The position numbers and the translations under genes were made by a program. This document shows, piece by piece, positions 18,256-27,117 of a stretch of DNA of 64,000 bases. The notes beneath the pieces are model-generated. The model was not told the origin of the DNA. It ran no database searches and saw nothing but the letters and a program-made list of their open reading frames with translations. How positions within the stretch are numbered: position 1 is the stretch's first letter; each line of letters begins with the position of its first letter. Origin of the DNA: a virus; the IMG/VR virus record IMGVR_UViG_3300042934_000547, positions 1 through 64,000 of that record. One strand, written 5' to 3'.

Positions 18256-18870
18256 TTATTTTTCTCCCTTTTCATTTAATGATGTTTCAGGGGAAATAAT
18301 TTGGGGTTTCCATCTATCTCGGTGATAAAATTCGAAAGTTCGTTTGGTGTGCTTATTTAATGATTTATAATATACACTACTCGGCAAATCATTACCAATC
18401 GTTGCACCCCCATCCATGAAATAATACCCTAATTCACAGGTTATAAACTTTGATATATAGATATCTTTATCATATACCCATTGTTTACATTCTTCATAAC
18501 CCATTTCAGTGAACAGGTGTTCAGCCATAAGTGTTACTATATAACGTTGCTCCATGTAATCTGGATTAGATTCGTCAACAGTAACTTCAAATAAGGCTTC
18601 AGAACCGAATGATGTTACATATAAAAACATTCCTAAATAGTTATCTGTACCAACTTCTCTTACCATTAAAATCCTGTCACTCTTGAATTCCTCATCTTTT
18701 TTCTCTTCCTTAATATCAAGAAATCCGAAGAATTTAATTCTGGAACACATATAGATAGTATAGCTAGATGACTTATCCAGATGTTTTCCAAATTTTTCTT
18801 TTGCCTCACTTAATGTTTCATGTGGTCTCTGTAATACAACCTCATAGAACTTTCCATTAATGTTTTTCAT
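18256..18870 (-). CDS. hypothetical protein (204 aa)
   Basis: AAGGAGA RBS. Operon packing. Confidence 0.6.
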   Translation of the reverse strand: MKNINGKFYEVVLQRPHETLSEAKEKFGKHLDKSSSYTIYMCSRIKFFGFLDIKEEKKDEEFKSDRILMVREVGTDNYLGMFLYVTSFGSEALFEVTVDESNPDYMEQRYIVTLMAEHLFTEMGYEECKQWVYDKDIYISKFITCELGYYFMDGGATIGNDLPSSVYYKSLNKHTKRTFEFYHRDRWKPQIISPETSLNEKGEK

Positions 18871-18873
18871 AGT

Positions 18874-19347
18874 TTAAATCTCCTTTTCTCTTTGTTTGAT
18901 TTTTTTATCTATTGCTCTATATATAGCACTATCAACTTGTTCCCAGAAATAGTCATCATTATCGACTATATCTTTCCGTTCTTCATCAGTTAATTCAACG
19001 TCAAGAACTTTTTCTCTAACTTCTATAGCATTTATTATACCATATTTTTCATGAGATACTTCTCTTTCTCTTCGAATAAAATCAACTAAATGATTGGTGA
19101 TACACTCATTTTCATCAGGACAATTAGTTATAAAATCTTCTAATTCATCAACAGTGAAATCAGTCGATTCATACTTGTAAACATTACCATCGATATCATG
19201 GTATATACCCTCAGTAGTATTAAGGGAGTTAACGTTACAACTATTTCTTAGTATTTTTTCTGGAGCTTGATTAGTCATATCGAGTCCTACTATTTGAGGT
19301 TCTCCCCCAATCGTTCTTGTTATTGCTCTTATTTTTTCCGTAAACAT
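18874..19347 (-). CDS. hypothetical protein (157 aa)
   Basis: AAGGAGAG RBS. First gene after promoter motif copy 4. Confidence 0.6.
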   Translation of the reverse strand: MFTEKIRAITRTIGGEPQIVGLDMTNQAPEKILRNSCNVNSLNTTEGIYHDIDGNVYKYESTDFTVDELEDFITNCPDENECITNHLVDFIRREREVSHEKYGIINAIEVREKVLDVELTDEERKDIVDNDDYFWEQVDSAIYRAIDKKIKQREKEI

Positions 19348-19373
19348 TTATTCTCTCCTTTCATTTTCCCATT

Positions 19374-19394
19374 TCAATTATATAATATATATTT
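19374..19394 (-). promoter_or_regulatory. phage promoter-like motif (copy 4)
   Basis: Gene-strand AAATATATATTATATAATTGA, 27 nt upstream of ATG 19347. Confidence 0.55.
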
Positions 19395-19450
19395 GAAATT
19401 CTATTAAGTAGTCGACATTATTGTAATTATATATTTAGAGAGGGCGTTTT

Positions 19451-19972
19451 ATGAATACAGAATTATTTTTCAGTAGTAACGATCAAACTTGGGCTACTCC
19501 TATAGATTTCTTTCTACGTTTAGATAATGAATTTGATTTTACTTTAGATCCTTGTTGTACTAAAGAGACAGCAAAATGTAGTACATATTTTACTCCAGAG
19601 ACAGATGGATTACATCAATCATGGGACGGTCATTCAGTGTTTATGAATCCACCGTATGGCGATGAAATTAAATACTGGATCGAGAAAGCATATGTCGAAA
19701 GTAATAATAATAATGCCCAAGTGGTTTGTTTAATACCCTCACGCACAGATACTAAATACTGGCATGATTATTGTATGAAAGCAGATGAAATAAGATTCAT
19801 TAAAGGACGATTAAAGTTCGGTAATAGTAACTCAGCAGCCCCATTTCCAAGTGCTGTGGTTATATTTAATAATTCTAATAATGTTCCAAAGATCGCATAT
19901 ATGAATAACAAACCTGAGTTAATCGGTCAACCTATAGATAGATCATTAACTCCTATAATTCGTAAAAAATAA
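19451..19972 (+). CDS. phage-type DNA N6-adenine methyltransferase (Dam family)
   Basis: DQTWATP..FDFTLDPC, FMNPPYG (the NPPY catalytic motif), LIPSRTDTKYWH and RFIKGRLKFG are typical of the small phage Dam family. Confidence 0.85.
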   Translation: MNTELFFSSNDQTWATPIDFFLRLDNEFDFTLDPCCTKETAKCSTYFTPETDGLHQSWDGHSVFMNPPYGDEIKYWIEKAYVESNNNNAQVVCLIPSRTDTKYWHDYCMKADEIRFIKGRLKFGNSNSAAPFPSAVVIFNNSNNVPKIAYMNNKPELIGQPIDRSLTPIIRKK

Positions 19973-19991
19973 TGAATGTGAGGATAATTGT

Positions 19992-20279
19992 ATGGATATA
20001 AAATTTATATGTAAAGAATGTGGACGAGAGATTAAAGAGAAAAGTAATTTCTGTCCGCATTGTGGAAAAGAATTGGAAATGGTTGAAACGACATACAAGA
20101 TATCAGTCGAAATTGTTTTTACTGAGAAACCTAAAAACTGTTGTGGATGTAGATTTAGTAAAGATGAAATTGATGGATATTGTCTATTAAATCCAGATAT
20201 TATATTTAAGAACTATCATAAAAATAAATACTATGGTTTTTATGGTGATAAAAATGAAAAATGTCCAATAATATTATAA
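19992..20279 (+). CDS. zinc-ribbon protein (95 aa)
   Basis: CKECGRE-x9-CPHCGKE. GTGAGGA RBS. Confidence 0.6.
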   Translation: MDIKFICKECGREIKEKSNFCPHCGKELEMVETTYKISVEIVFTEKPKNCCGCRFSKDEIDGYCLLNPDIIFKNYHKNKYYGFYGDKNEKCPIIL

Positions 20280-20312
20280 TAATTCAAATAAAAAAAAATA
20301 ATGGAGGAAGAT

Positions 20313-20624
20313 ATGAAACGACATGAAAATTTATTTCTGACTGTAATGGAAGAATGTGATGAAGTTTCACAGGCGGTATCTAAATCTTTAAGATTTGGAT
20401 TGGATAATCACCATCCAGAATCAGATACAACAAATGCATATGATATTATGAAAGAATATTATCAGTTAACTGCATTAATTACATATTTACAAAAGGTTGA
20501 TTATTTACCTATTTTAGATGATGATAAAATAGAGAGTATCATGGAAGATAAAATGAAAAATGTATTTAAATACCAAGAAGTATCATTTAAAGAGGGAACT
20601 TTAGATAGTATTAAAAATTACTAA
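20313..20624 (+). CDS. MazG-like nucleotide pyrophosphohydrolase (tentative)
   Basis: LTVMEECDEVSQAV resembles the EExxE metal-binding helix of all-alpha NTP-PPases. The start is moved to ATG 20313 behind GGAGGAAG. Confidence 0.4.
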   Translation: MKRHENLFLTVMEECDEVSQAVSKSLRFGLDNHHPESDTTNAYDIMKEYYQLTALITYLQKVDYLPILDDDKIESIMEDKMKNVFKYQEVSFKEGTLDSIKNY

Positions 20625-20632
20625 AAAATATG

Positions 20633-20658
20633 GAGAGTAGGTTTATAAACCTACTCTC
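20633..20658. terminator. bidirectional palindromic terminator between convergent genes
   Basis: GAGAGTAGGTTT-at-AAACCTACTCTC with T-runs on both sides. The minus-gene stop lies inside the hairpin. Confidence 0.75.
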
Positions 20659-21053
20659 ATTTTTTCATAATAAATTACTACTTGAACCCATGCCATTAAT
20701 AGCATACATATATGCATTAACTGGTCACTAACTAAATCTCCATTACCATTACATTTACGATTGTCAATTACACTATGAGCAATTGATATCAATACCAGAT
20801 GCACTAAATAATTGACAAATAGCCATTCACTTTTCATGTATAATGCATAAATTAGTATTGGTAACATGGCGACAAATGTTGTTTTAAATCCATGTAATAT
20901 CAATGCTATAATATAATCATATTTACATGTTTGGTTACTAGGTACATTCTCTTTCCACCATGATTTTTTCTTCATTTGTGAAATAATACCTTGATTAAAA
21001 TCATCTTGGATATGTAAAAATATCATAAATAACAATATAGTTCCTTTAATCAT
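20643..21053 (-). CDS. integral membrane protein, DUF3307-like (tentative)
   Basis: Multiple hydrophobic helices with His/Asp motifs (LHIQDDF, LILHGF, HSVID, DQLMH). The start is moved to ATG 21053 behind TTGGAGG; track start 21194 has no RBS. Confidence 0.55.
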   Translation of the reverse strand: MIKGTILLFMIFLHIQDDFNQGIISQMKKKSWWKENVPSNQTCKYDYIIALILHGFKTTFVAMLPILIYALYMKSEWLFVNYLVHLVLISIAHSVIDNRKCNGNGDLVSDQLMHICMLLMAWVQVVIYYEKMRVGL

Positions 21054-21270
21054 TTTAAACCTCCAAAAGCAAAGCAGAAGGGGGTTACCCCTTCTACTAG
21101 AGTTGTTTATCCACCCCGATAACTTCATAAATTTATCCCCATTTGTAAACCGTCCGTTTCCTAGTATGTAATTATAGGTGATATTGTTATACATTTAAGT
21201 ATTCATCATCATCGTCCCCACTAATAATGAATCAATATCTGATAACATTTTAAACTATTCATATCTGTTA

Positions 21271-21291
21271 TCATATCTATAATATATATTT
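21271..21291 (-). promoter_or_regulatory. phage promoter-like motif (copy 5)
   Basis: Gene-strand AAATATATATTATAGATATGA. Confidence 0.5.
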
Positions 21292-21328
21292 ATAAGAATT
21301 GAATTTTACGATTGGGTATAATTAGTTG

Positions 21329-21928
21329 TTATTCGGGTGTGGATTCGTTATCATTTGATTGACGAATTATTCCGACATGACTAAGCATCTCAAACATTTC
21401 ATCATCAGTCATATCTGTTGTTTCATTCACCACAATTAGTTCCCCGCCAAATCTCACAATTATATTATCTATATAGAGTTTGATTTCTTCAGTGAATTTT
21501 TTGGTGAATATTTCAGTATCATCCTTTATAAAGGTTTCAGGGATAATCAGATATAGGGTCTTTTCATTACTCACATATATAAAATTGACTATATCACACT
21601 CATACTCATCATTATCAATTCCTATTGATATTTCAACACCAGTTTTCAAGATAATACGAGAAGTTACAACAACTGAAGATAGTTGTATATCTCGTAAATC
21701 CTCTTCTACTGGTGTTATATTATTAGTTATAGTGCCGATATCAACTATATTACGTACAGCTGTGTTGTTACCCATCGTATGATTAACACCTTCCATAAAC
21801 TTTTTAACCATACTTTCGATTATATAATTACTAGACATACCATTTTTTAAACAGAATGTATTGAATTCTTTTGCTACGTCATTATCAATATTTGTCTTAA
21901 TATTGAATTTTCTTTCTAGGTCCTTCAT
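21329..21928 (-). CDS. hypothetical protein (possible N-terminal ribbon-helix-helix)
   Basis: AAGGAGA RBS. DVAKEFNTFCLKNGMSSNYIIESMVKKFME is CopG/Arc-like in pattern only. Confidence 0.55.
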   Translation of the reverse strand: MKDLERKFNIKTNIDNDVAKEFNTFCLKNGMSSNYIIESMVKKFMEGVNHTMGNNTAVRNIVDIGTITNNITPVEEDLRDIQLSSVVVTSRIILKTGVEISIGIDNDEYECDIVNFIYVSNEKTLYLIIPETFIKDDTEIFTKKFTEEIKLYIDNIIVRFGGELIVVNETTDMTDDEMFEMLSHVGIIRQSNDNESTPE

Positions 21929-21939
21929 TGCTATCTCCT

Positions 21940-22977
21940 TTATTGTAACATTTGTTTTACTAAATGAGTCACACCCTTTACCGTATCATCAGATACAATA
22001 GTATTGTAATGGTTAAATGGTGTAGTTGTGTAATACTCACCGAAATTAAAGTCATCTGGTAGAGCCTTAATACATCTAGTGAAATCATTTATGATATCTG
22101 TTCTCAATCTTGTGTAAGTGGATTTGTTATACTTACTAAGCATAGTTATCCTACTATTTAATTTCTTATCAACTAAATGATTCATATAGTGTAGTTTAGC
22201 CGCTTCGAATTTCAATCCTTCTTGATTGTTATCCTTTAAATAGAGCATAACCAATCTATGAGTATCTCGGTACTCCTTAACTAAATCTATATTATGATTG
22301 ATAATCATATTTTTATCCTTATCAAATTCAATCATAGTTTTAGCTTCAGATAAAGGTTCTAAACTTTGTATATTACTAACTGGTATACTGTATTCATTTA
22401 TGACTGTGGAACGATATGTTCCATCTTCTTTAAGAACTTGTGGGTCTGGGATAATAGAAAAATACATCATAGTTAGAGAATTAGCGTCATTCATCATCTC
22501 ATTATATGTTTTATACCATTTCTCATTACCATTTGTGTTACTAGATGTAAAGACCATAATTGAATTCGCCATTTTACTATACTGGTCTACGATATCCTCT
22601 TTAATTTTTTCATATGCTTGATTACGCACATCACTACTACATAAAATAATAGGTGGATGTGCCTTTATAATATCACGATACGATTCTGCATAATAGACGT
22701 TCATTTCATTTAAGTCTGTGTATTTCACACATAATGGAAATGTATTGCTATTACCAGTTTCCAGAGTACCAGCAACTGTACAATCTAATAGTCTTGCTAG
22801 TCTATGAGCTTTATCTGATGCCATATCCATATTTTCAGCTATGACCCATATAGTTTTAGTACTCTTTTCTCCTCCGAGAACTATATCGCCACTATCAAGA
22901 CATTCCGATAATTGTTGAAAATATTCTCCTTGATATTTTGTTGTTTCCTGAAATATTTGTCTATTACTCTTTCTCAT
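21940..22977 (-). CDS. hypothetical protein (345 aa)
   Basis: GGGGAGG RBS. Operon packing. Confidence 0.65.
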   Translation of the reverse strand: MRKSNRQIFQETTKYQGEYFQQLSECLDSGDIVLGGEKSTKTIWVIAENMDMASDKAHRLARLLDCTVAGTLETGNSNTFPLCVKYTDLNEMNVYYAESYRDIIKAHPPIILCSSDVRNQAYEKIKEDIVDQYSKMANSIMVFTSSNTNGNEKWYKTYNEMMNDANSLTMMYFSIIPDPQVLKEDGTYRSTVINEYSIPVSNIQSLEPLSEAKTMIEFDKDKNMIINHNIDLVKEYRDTHRLVMLYLKDNNQEGLKFEAAKLHYMNHLVDKKLNSRITMLSKYNKSTYTRLRTDIINDFTRCIKALPDDFNFGEYYTTTPFNHYNTIVSDDTVKGVTHLVKQMLQ

Positions 22978-23451
22978 TTAAAATGGTACCTCCCCAATTA
23001 GTTCTGCTGTATTCAGTCTTCTATGATAACGACGTACTGGATACGTACATCTGTTATTCAAAACTGTCATTATCTCATTATCATTTTGTTCTATGAAATA
23101 AACTAGATCATCATTTATGACTTGAGTTAAATTATCCAAAACGTAATCATCTAATATAGTGAGAACTTGATACAGTGTTTTAGAGTCTGTTACGTCTTTA
23201 TAAATATTCTGTTTAATGCTGCTAATCACACTACTTGTTATATTGTTTTTAATCATATCCATACGAGTTGTTTTTGGATCGTTTACGACGTATAATGTAT
23301 CATATAAAATCCAACTACTATCGAGAGCGACATATTGATTCAAATTAAGTGATAAACCAATTTCATTCTCCAATTTATTAAAATAATTATGGATACTTGT
23401 TACCAATACTGTACTTATTTTACTACTTAAATTAATTCTGTTATTGTTCAT
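22978..23451 (-). CDS. hypothetical protein (157 aa)
   Basis: AAAGGAAA RBS. Abuts the downstream gene. Confidence 0.6.
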   Translation of the reverse strand: MNNNRINLSSKISTVLVTSIHNYFNKLENEIGLSLNLNQYVALDSSWILYDTLYVVNDPKTTRMDMIKNNITSSVISSIKQNIYKDVTDSKTLYQVLTILDDYVLDNLTQVINDDLVYFIEQNDNEIMTVLNNRCTYPVRRYHRRLNTAELIGEVPF

Positions 23452-23475
23452 GATTAATTTCCTTTCTTATTTTAT

Positions 23476-24003
23476 TCAATCAATTTCATAATCAATATTC
23501 AATAAATCACAAATCTCTGGTATATGAAGGGCGTCTGGTATCGTTACTCGACCATCATTGGATATATTGAATTCCTCAGTGAACTCAAGTCCGGGTTCCT
23601 CTGAGTATACTTCAATCGACACATTATATAGTTTGCACATATCCATTATTGTTGGTAGATATATATCAAAATTTCCAAATATTAAACAATGTTCAGCACT
23701 CCACGCACAATGAACTAGCATTTCAACTTCTTGATTGATTTCGTTATAATTATTCACTATTTCATCAAAAACTTCTTTAGCAGTTTTGAATGTAAATGAA
23801 CGTGCAAATCTTTGTCTGTATACTGGTGATTTATACTCGGGTTGTACACGAGTATAATTAATTAAATGTATACCATATCGTGATGTAGGCATATTTATTT
23901 TAAATATACCTTCTTGTTCGATTGAAACAAACCTGTTTAAAAGATTTAAACAGTTATCTCTACTACCTTTAATCTTAAGTCGTGTTTCTGTCCAATTTGG
24001 CAT
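23476..24003 (-). CDS. MPNW-family protein, paralog 2 (DUF1281/Api92-like ferredoxin-fold N-terminus, tentative)
   Basis: MPNWTETRLKIKGSRDNCLNLLNRF is near-identical to the N-terminus of the upstream gene. The shared core is SFTF.TAK...CAWS.E.CL...MD.CKLYNV..E.YS.EPG..F.EE. Start at ATG 24003 behind AGGTGA. Confidence 0.65.
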   Translation of the reverse strand: MPNWTETRLKIKGSRDNCLNLLNRFVSIEQEGIFKINMPTSRYGIHLINYTRVQPEYKSPVYRQRFARSFTFKTAKEVFDEIVNNYNEINQEVEMLVHCAWSAEHCLIFGNFDIYLPTIMDMCKLYNVSIEVYSEEPGLEFTEEFNISNDGRVTIPDALHIPEICDLLNIDYEID

Positions 24004-24013
24004 TATCATTCAC

Positions 24014-24670
24014 CTACTTATGATATCGTCTAACTAATCCAACATGACCGCACTCTTCGCATATTAATTTATTTAAATCAGATTCTGTTAATTCAATTTG
24101 TTCCCGATATGCTCCATAATATACGTATTCCTCACATGCTGGGCATATAACATATGAAGCCATATCATATGAACAGTCACGAGTTATATTACCATTATTA
24201 TTTACAGATAATTCTTCAACAAACCCCATGCCGGGTTCATCAGAATAAATCTCACAAGCTACATTATACAATTTACATATGTCCATTATTGACACACAGT
24301 TTAAATCAGCCGGTGGACGATCTGAAAAGATACCACCTCCCTTGAGTACTAAACATCCCTCGACACTCCATGCACAAGCCACTATTACTTCAACACATTG
24401 ATTTACTGCATCATAGGTTTCTTCTACTGCATCTCGTAATGATTTAGCAGTCTGAAATGTAAATGAACGATAAAAGAATTTTCTGAAATAGAGTTGTCTT
24501 TTTTCCATTTTTCTATCATATAATCCATTTCTACGCCATGGCATTTCTCGATAAAATATCATTGGAGTTCTCATTCCTGATTGTTCTTCAGATATAAATC
24601 TATTTAATAAATTTAAACAATCATTTTTTGATCCTTTAAGTTTTAGATACGTTTCTGTCCAGTTTGGCAT
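24014..24670 (-). CDS. MPNW-family protein, paralog 1, with extra C-terminal CxxC..CxxC tail
   Basis: MPNWTETYLKLKGSKNDCLNLLNRF. C-terminal CPACEE...CEECGH zinc-ribbon-like addition. Confidence 0.65.
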   Translation of the reverse strand: MPNWTETYLKLKGSKNDCLNLLNRFISEEQSGMRTPMIFYREMPWRRNGLYDRKMEKRQLYFRKFFYRSFTFQTAKSLRDAVEETYDAVNQCVEVIVACAWSVEGCLVLKGGGIFSDRPPADLNCVSIMDICKLYNVACEIYSDEPGMGFVEELSVNNNGNITRDCSYDMASYVICPACEEYVYYGAYREQIELTESDLNKLICEECGHVGLVRRYHK

Positions 24671-24910
24671 TTAATTATCACTCCCATCTTTTGTTACCGA
24701 AAACTGGTATTCAGCAAGCATTTTTTCGTTTAATTTATGCACGATAATAGCTTGCTCAGCATTCATGATTGCTCCATAACGTGCAAATTCCCCACTTTCT
24801 TCATCTATAATGATCACATCACTAGTTACATCTAATCCTAATTTGTCAATCATTTCTTTAGTGTAATATTCTGGGTTTGTGATTATATTTACCTCTTTAA
24901 GTCTTATCAT
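24671..24910 (-). CDS. hypothetical protein (79 aa)
   Basis: AAGGAGGT RBS. Abuts the downstream gene. Confidence 0.6.
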   Translation of the reverse strand: MIRLKEVNIITNPEYYTKEMIDKLGLDVTSDVIIIDEESGEFARYGAIMNAEQAIIVHKLNEKMLAEYQFSVTKDGSDN

Positions 24911-24937
24911 CTGTTACCTCCTTTAATAAAAATATTC

Positions 24938-24963
24938 GGGTAAGAGAAATTAATCTCTTACCC
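24938..24963 (-). terminator. palindromic terminator (GGGTAAGAGA type)
   Basis: GGGTAAGAGA-aattaa-TCTCTTACCC, followed on the minus strand by GAATATTTTTATT. Confidence 0.65.
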
Positions 24964-24983
24964 TATGTAGTATATGAATATAA

Positions 24984-25544
24984 TTATTTATGTACTTCCT
25001 CTTCTTCACATAATGTACAACTTGTGTTAGCCTTTTTCCATTCTTCAGAATATTCTTCATACCCATCATCAAGTCCATATTTATATCGTAAAGCATTTGT
25101 GCAACGTTCACAGCTTATAGATGCTAATATTATTGCTTCGCTTAATTTGTAATCACCACTTTTTACCATGGCTAGAACTAAATCTTCACTAAATGTGGTG
25201 TGAACTGTAAATACTGAACGGGAACCATTTCCATTCCATTTCTTATCCCATCTATGAAATAAACCTTTCTTCTTAGTTTGTGAACCACCACATACGTTAC
25301 ATTTCCTTCCAACTATACCTTCTACCCAACCATATGTAGGTACAACGTGTTTCCTCGGATGTTTACATTTATCAACATCTTCTTGATTAAGCAACTCCAC
25401 ATGGTTTGTATACAATGAGTTAGGGAATCTACTTACCTGATACAAAGCCCCTTTTGGTATTCCATCATCATCAGATGTTTCTATCATATTACCATTTGCA
25501 TCCTCATACCATAAAATTTTTAATTTGCTTTTATCGATTTTCAT
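24984..25544 (-). CDS. Cys-rich hypothetical protein (186 aa)
   Basis: TAGGAGGT RBS. CNVCGG, CERC and CTLCEEE motifs. Confidence 0.6.
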   Translation of the reverse strand: MKIDKSKLKILWYEDANGNMIETSDDDGIPKGALYQVSRFPNSLYTNHVELLNQEDVDKCKHPRKHVVPTYGWVEGIVGRKCNVCGGSQTKKKGLFHRWDKKWNGNGSRSVFTVHTTFSEDLVLAMVKSGDYKLSEAIILASISCERCTNALRYKYGLDDGYEEYSEEWKKANTSCTLCEEEEVHK

Positions 25545-25570
25545 GATTACCTCCTAAAATAAAATTATTT

Positions 25571-25596
25571 GGGTAAGAGAACTTAATCTCTTACCC
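25571..25596 (-). terminator. palindromic hairpin, near-duplicate of 24938-24963
   Basis: GGGTAAGAGA-acttaa-TCTCTTACCC, with one loop difference from the copy 630 nt away. Confidence 0.55.
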
Positions 25597-25606
25597 TATA
25601 TGCAAT

Positions 25607-26128
25607 TTAGAAACGTATTTCATCTAATATAGACAATACTTTTTCAAGGTCACGTCTAGTATTAGGGTGTAATATAAGTTTATTGCTTTGTTTTTCATAC
25701 CATTCAGTAGCATTACCACCAAATTTAAGTCCCATAGCTTCCCAATCGTATACCATTTCTACGATAAACTGCATTGGCATTTCTTTAGCTGACTTTTTAT
25801 CAATAAGGTAATGTTCAGGGTGATGACGATTTACCTTATAATGATGATCACATGCTGTTTGGAATATCACATCATTAGGGGTTTCATCTTTAATAGGATA
25901 AAATTTCTGCCTATATTGAGCAAATTCATTAGCCCCATATTTAGACAAATCATGAAGCTCTACATTCAGTTCAATGTCTTCCTTTATTTCATCTGAAATT
26001 GGAAATCTAGAACAGATTTCATTGTTATATTTAGCAGATACCTTTTGTACATTTGATACATGATTTCGAATATATGTTTTATATTCTGATTCTTTTTCAG
26101 CAATAAGGGCTGTATTATTTTTCAGCAT
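25607..26128 (-). CDS. HD-motif protein (DUF5662-like, tentative)
   Basis: ELHDLSKY ... DHHYKVNRHHPEHY histidine-rich motifs. Start at ATG 26128 behind AGGAG. Overlaps the thyX 3' end by 14 nt. Confidence 0.5.
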   Translation of the reverse strand: MLKNNTALIAEKESEYKTYIRNHVSNVQKVSAKYNNEICSRFPISDEIKEDIELNVELHDLSKYGANEFAQYRQKFYPIKDETPNDVIFQTACDHHYKVNRHHPEHYLIDKKSAKEMPMQFIVEMVYDWEAMGLKFGGNATEWYEKQSNKLILHPNTRRDLEKVLSILDEIRF

Positions 26129-26963
26129 AACGTCCAACTCCTGACAACTGTCTTGGCATCTTTAATAATTGGAAAGCTTCATCTTTAGTATAAATACCGG
26201 CAGCTTTACATTTAGGATCTTGTCTCTTATTTTCAGGACAATATCCTAATACTTTACAGTTTGGTCCAGCATTAGCAAATAAATCGGGAGCTGTATCTTT
26301 ACATAACCCCATCATTTTTGTAGCTAAATCTCTTATTTCTGTTTGTGCTTTACGACATGTTCTTATTTGGAACCAGTCGAGTAAAGCGTGAGCATTCATT
26401 CCGATTAAAGCTTTAAATTCGGTTGCTTGCGGTTTCATATATCTTAATTCTTCCTCTGGAACTCCAGCAGCCGCATGGAAATTATACCATTCTTCGATTA
26501 TTCCTAGTATCATATTAGTATCAAAGTCCACTCTACATTCAGTAATAGGACCATTAATCCAATCTTGTAACATCTTGCCGTTAACTAATATACGGTCTGG
26601 ATCTACATCCACGGTCACACTAAGGTCCTCGATAGCTTTAGGTAGAACAACATCAAACTGTCTCTTACCACCTTTATTGTTTCTACCTGATTTAATTAGA
26701 TAAGAAGCAAGTCTTTTTCTAACTAATTGTACTTCTGTTACCCTAGCAAATCCTTCAATACCAAAGACGAAATAATCAAATTCAGTAGCAGCTCTATGAT
26801 TGCTATTTAGTATATTATCAACTATCTTTTTATCATAGTCAGATGCGATTAATTCATCTAAATTTCTCTCAGTTCCTACAAATCTAGCAGCAAGGTCTGT
26901 AAATACTTTACCTCCACCAGATAATAAAACAACGTTTCCTTCTCCTACATAACTTTTATTCAT
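26115..26963 (-). CDS. thyX: flavin-dependent thymidylate synthase ThyX-like (RKR variant of signature)
   Basis: EFDYFVFGIEGFARVTEVQLVRKRLASYLIKSGR aligns to ThyX LEH..FTF.I.G.SR....QLVRHR.AS.S..S.RY, so the R-x-R-x2-S-x4-S-x-R spacing is kept. C-terminal GPNCKVLGYCPE...C is also ThyX-like. Confidence 0.75.
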   Translation of the reverse strand: MNKSYVGEGNVVLLSGGGKVFTDLAARFVGTERNLDELIASDYDKKIVDNILNSNHRAATEFDYFVFGIEGFARVTEVQLVRKRLASYLIKSGRNNKGGKRQFDVVLPKAIEDLSVTVDVDPDRILVNGKMLQDWINGPITECRVDFDTNMILGIIEEWYNFHAAAGVPEEELRYMKPQATEFKALIGMNAHALLDWFQIRTCRKAQTEIRDLATKMMGLCKDTAPDLFANAGPNCKVLGYCPENKRQDPKCKAAGIYTKDEAFQLLKMPRQLSGVGRYAEK

Positions 26964-27117
26964 TTTTATCTCCCTTAATATTATTTTTTGATCTTTTTAT
27001 TTCCATTGCTTTTTCAAGTGCTATGTAATCGTCATCGCTATTTGGCAGCACTGACAATTTATCCCGCTCAACTTCATAGACTTCCCAAAATGATAACTCA
27101 TTATGATTATCACTCAC
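26956..27117 (-). CDS. candidate 53-aa protein, translationally coupled on both sides
   Basis: Not in the track. GTG overlaps the stop of 27110..27649 (cGTGAGTGA) and its TAA overlaps the thyX ATG (AAATGAATAA). Sequence: MSDNHNELSFWEVYEVERDKLSVLPNSDDDYIALEKAMEIKRSKNNIKGDKNE. Confidence 0.35.
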   Translation of the reverse strand: MSDNHNELSFWEVYEVERDKLSVLPNSDDDYIALEKAMEIKRSKNNIKGDKNE

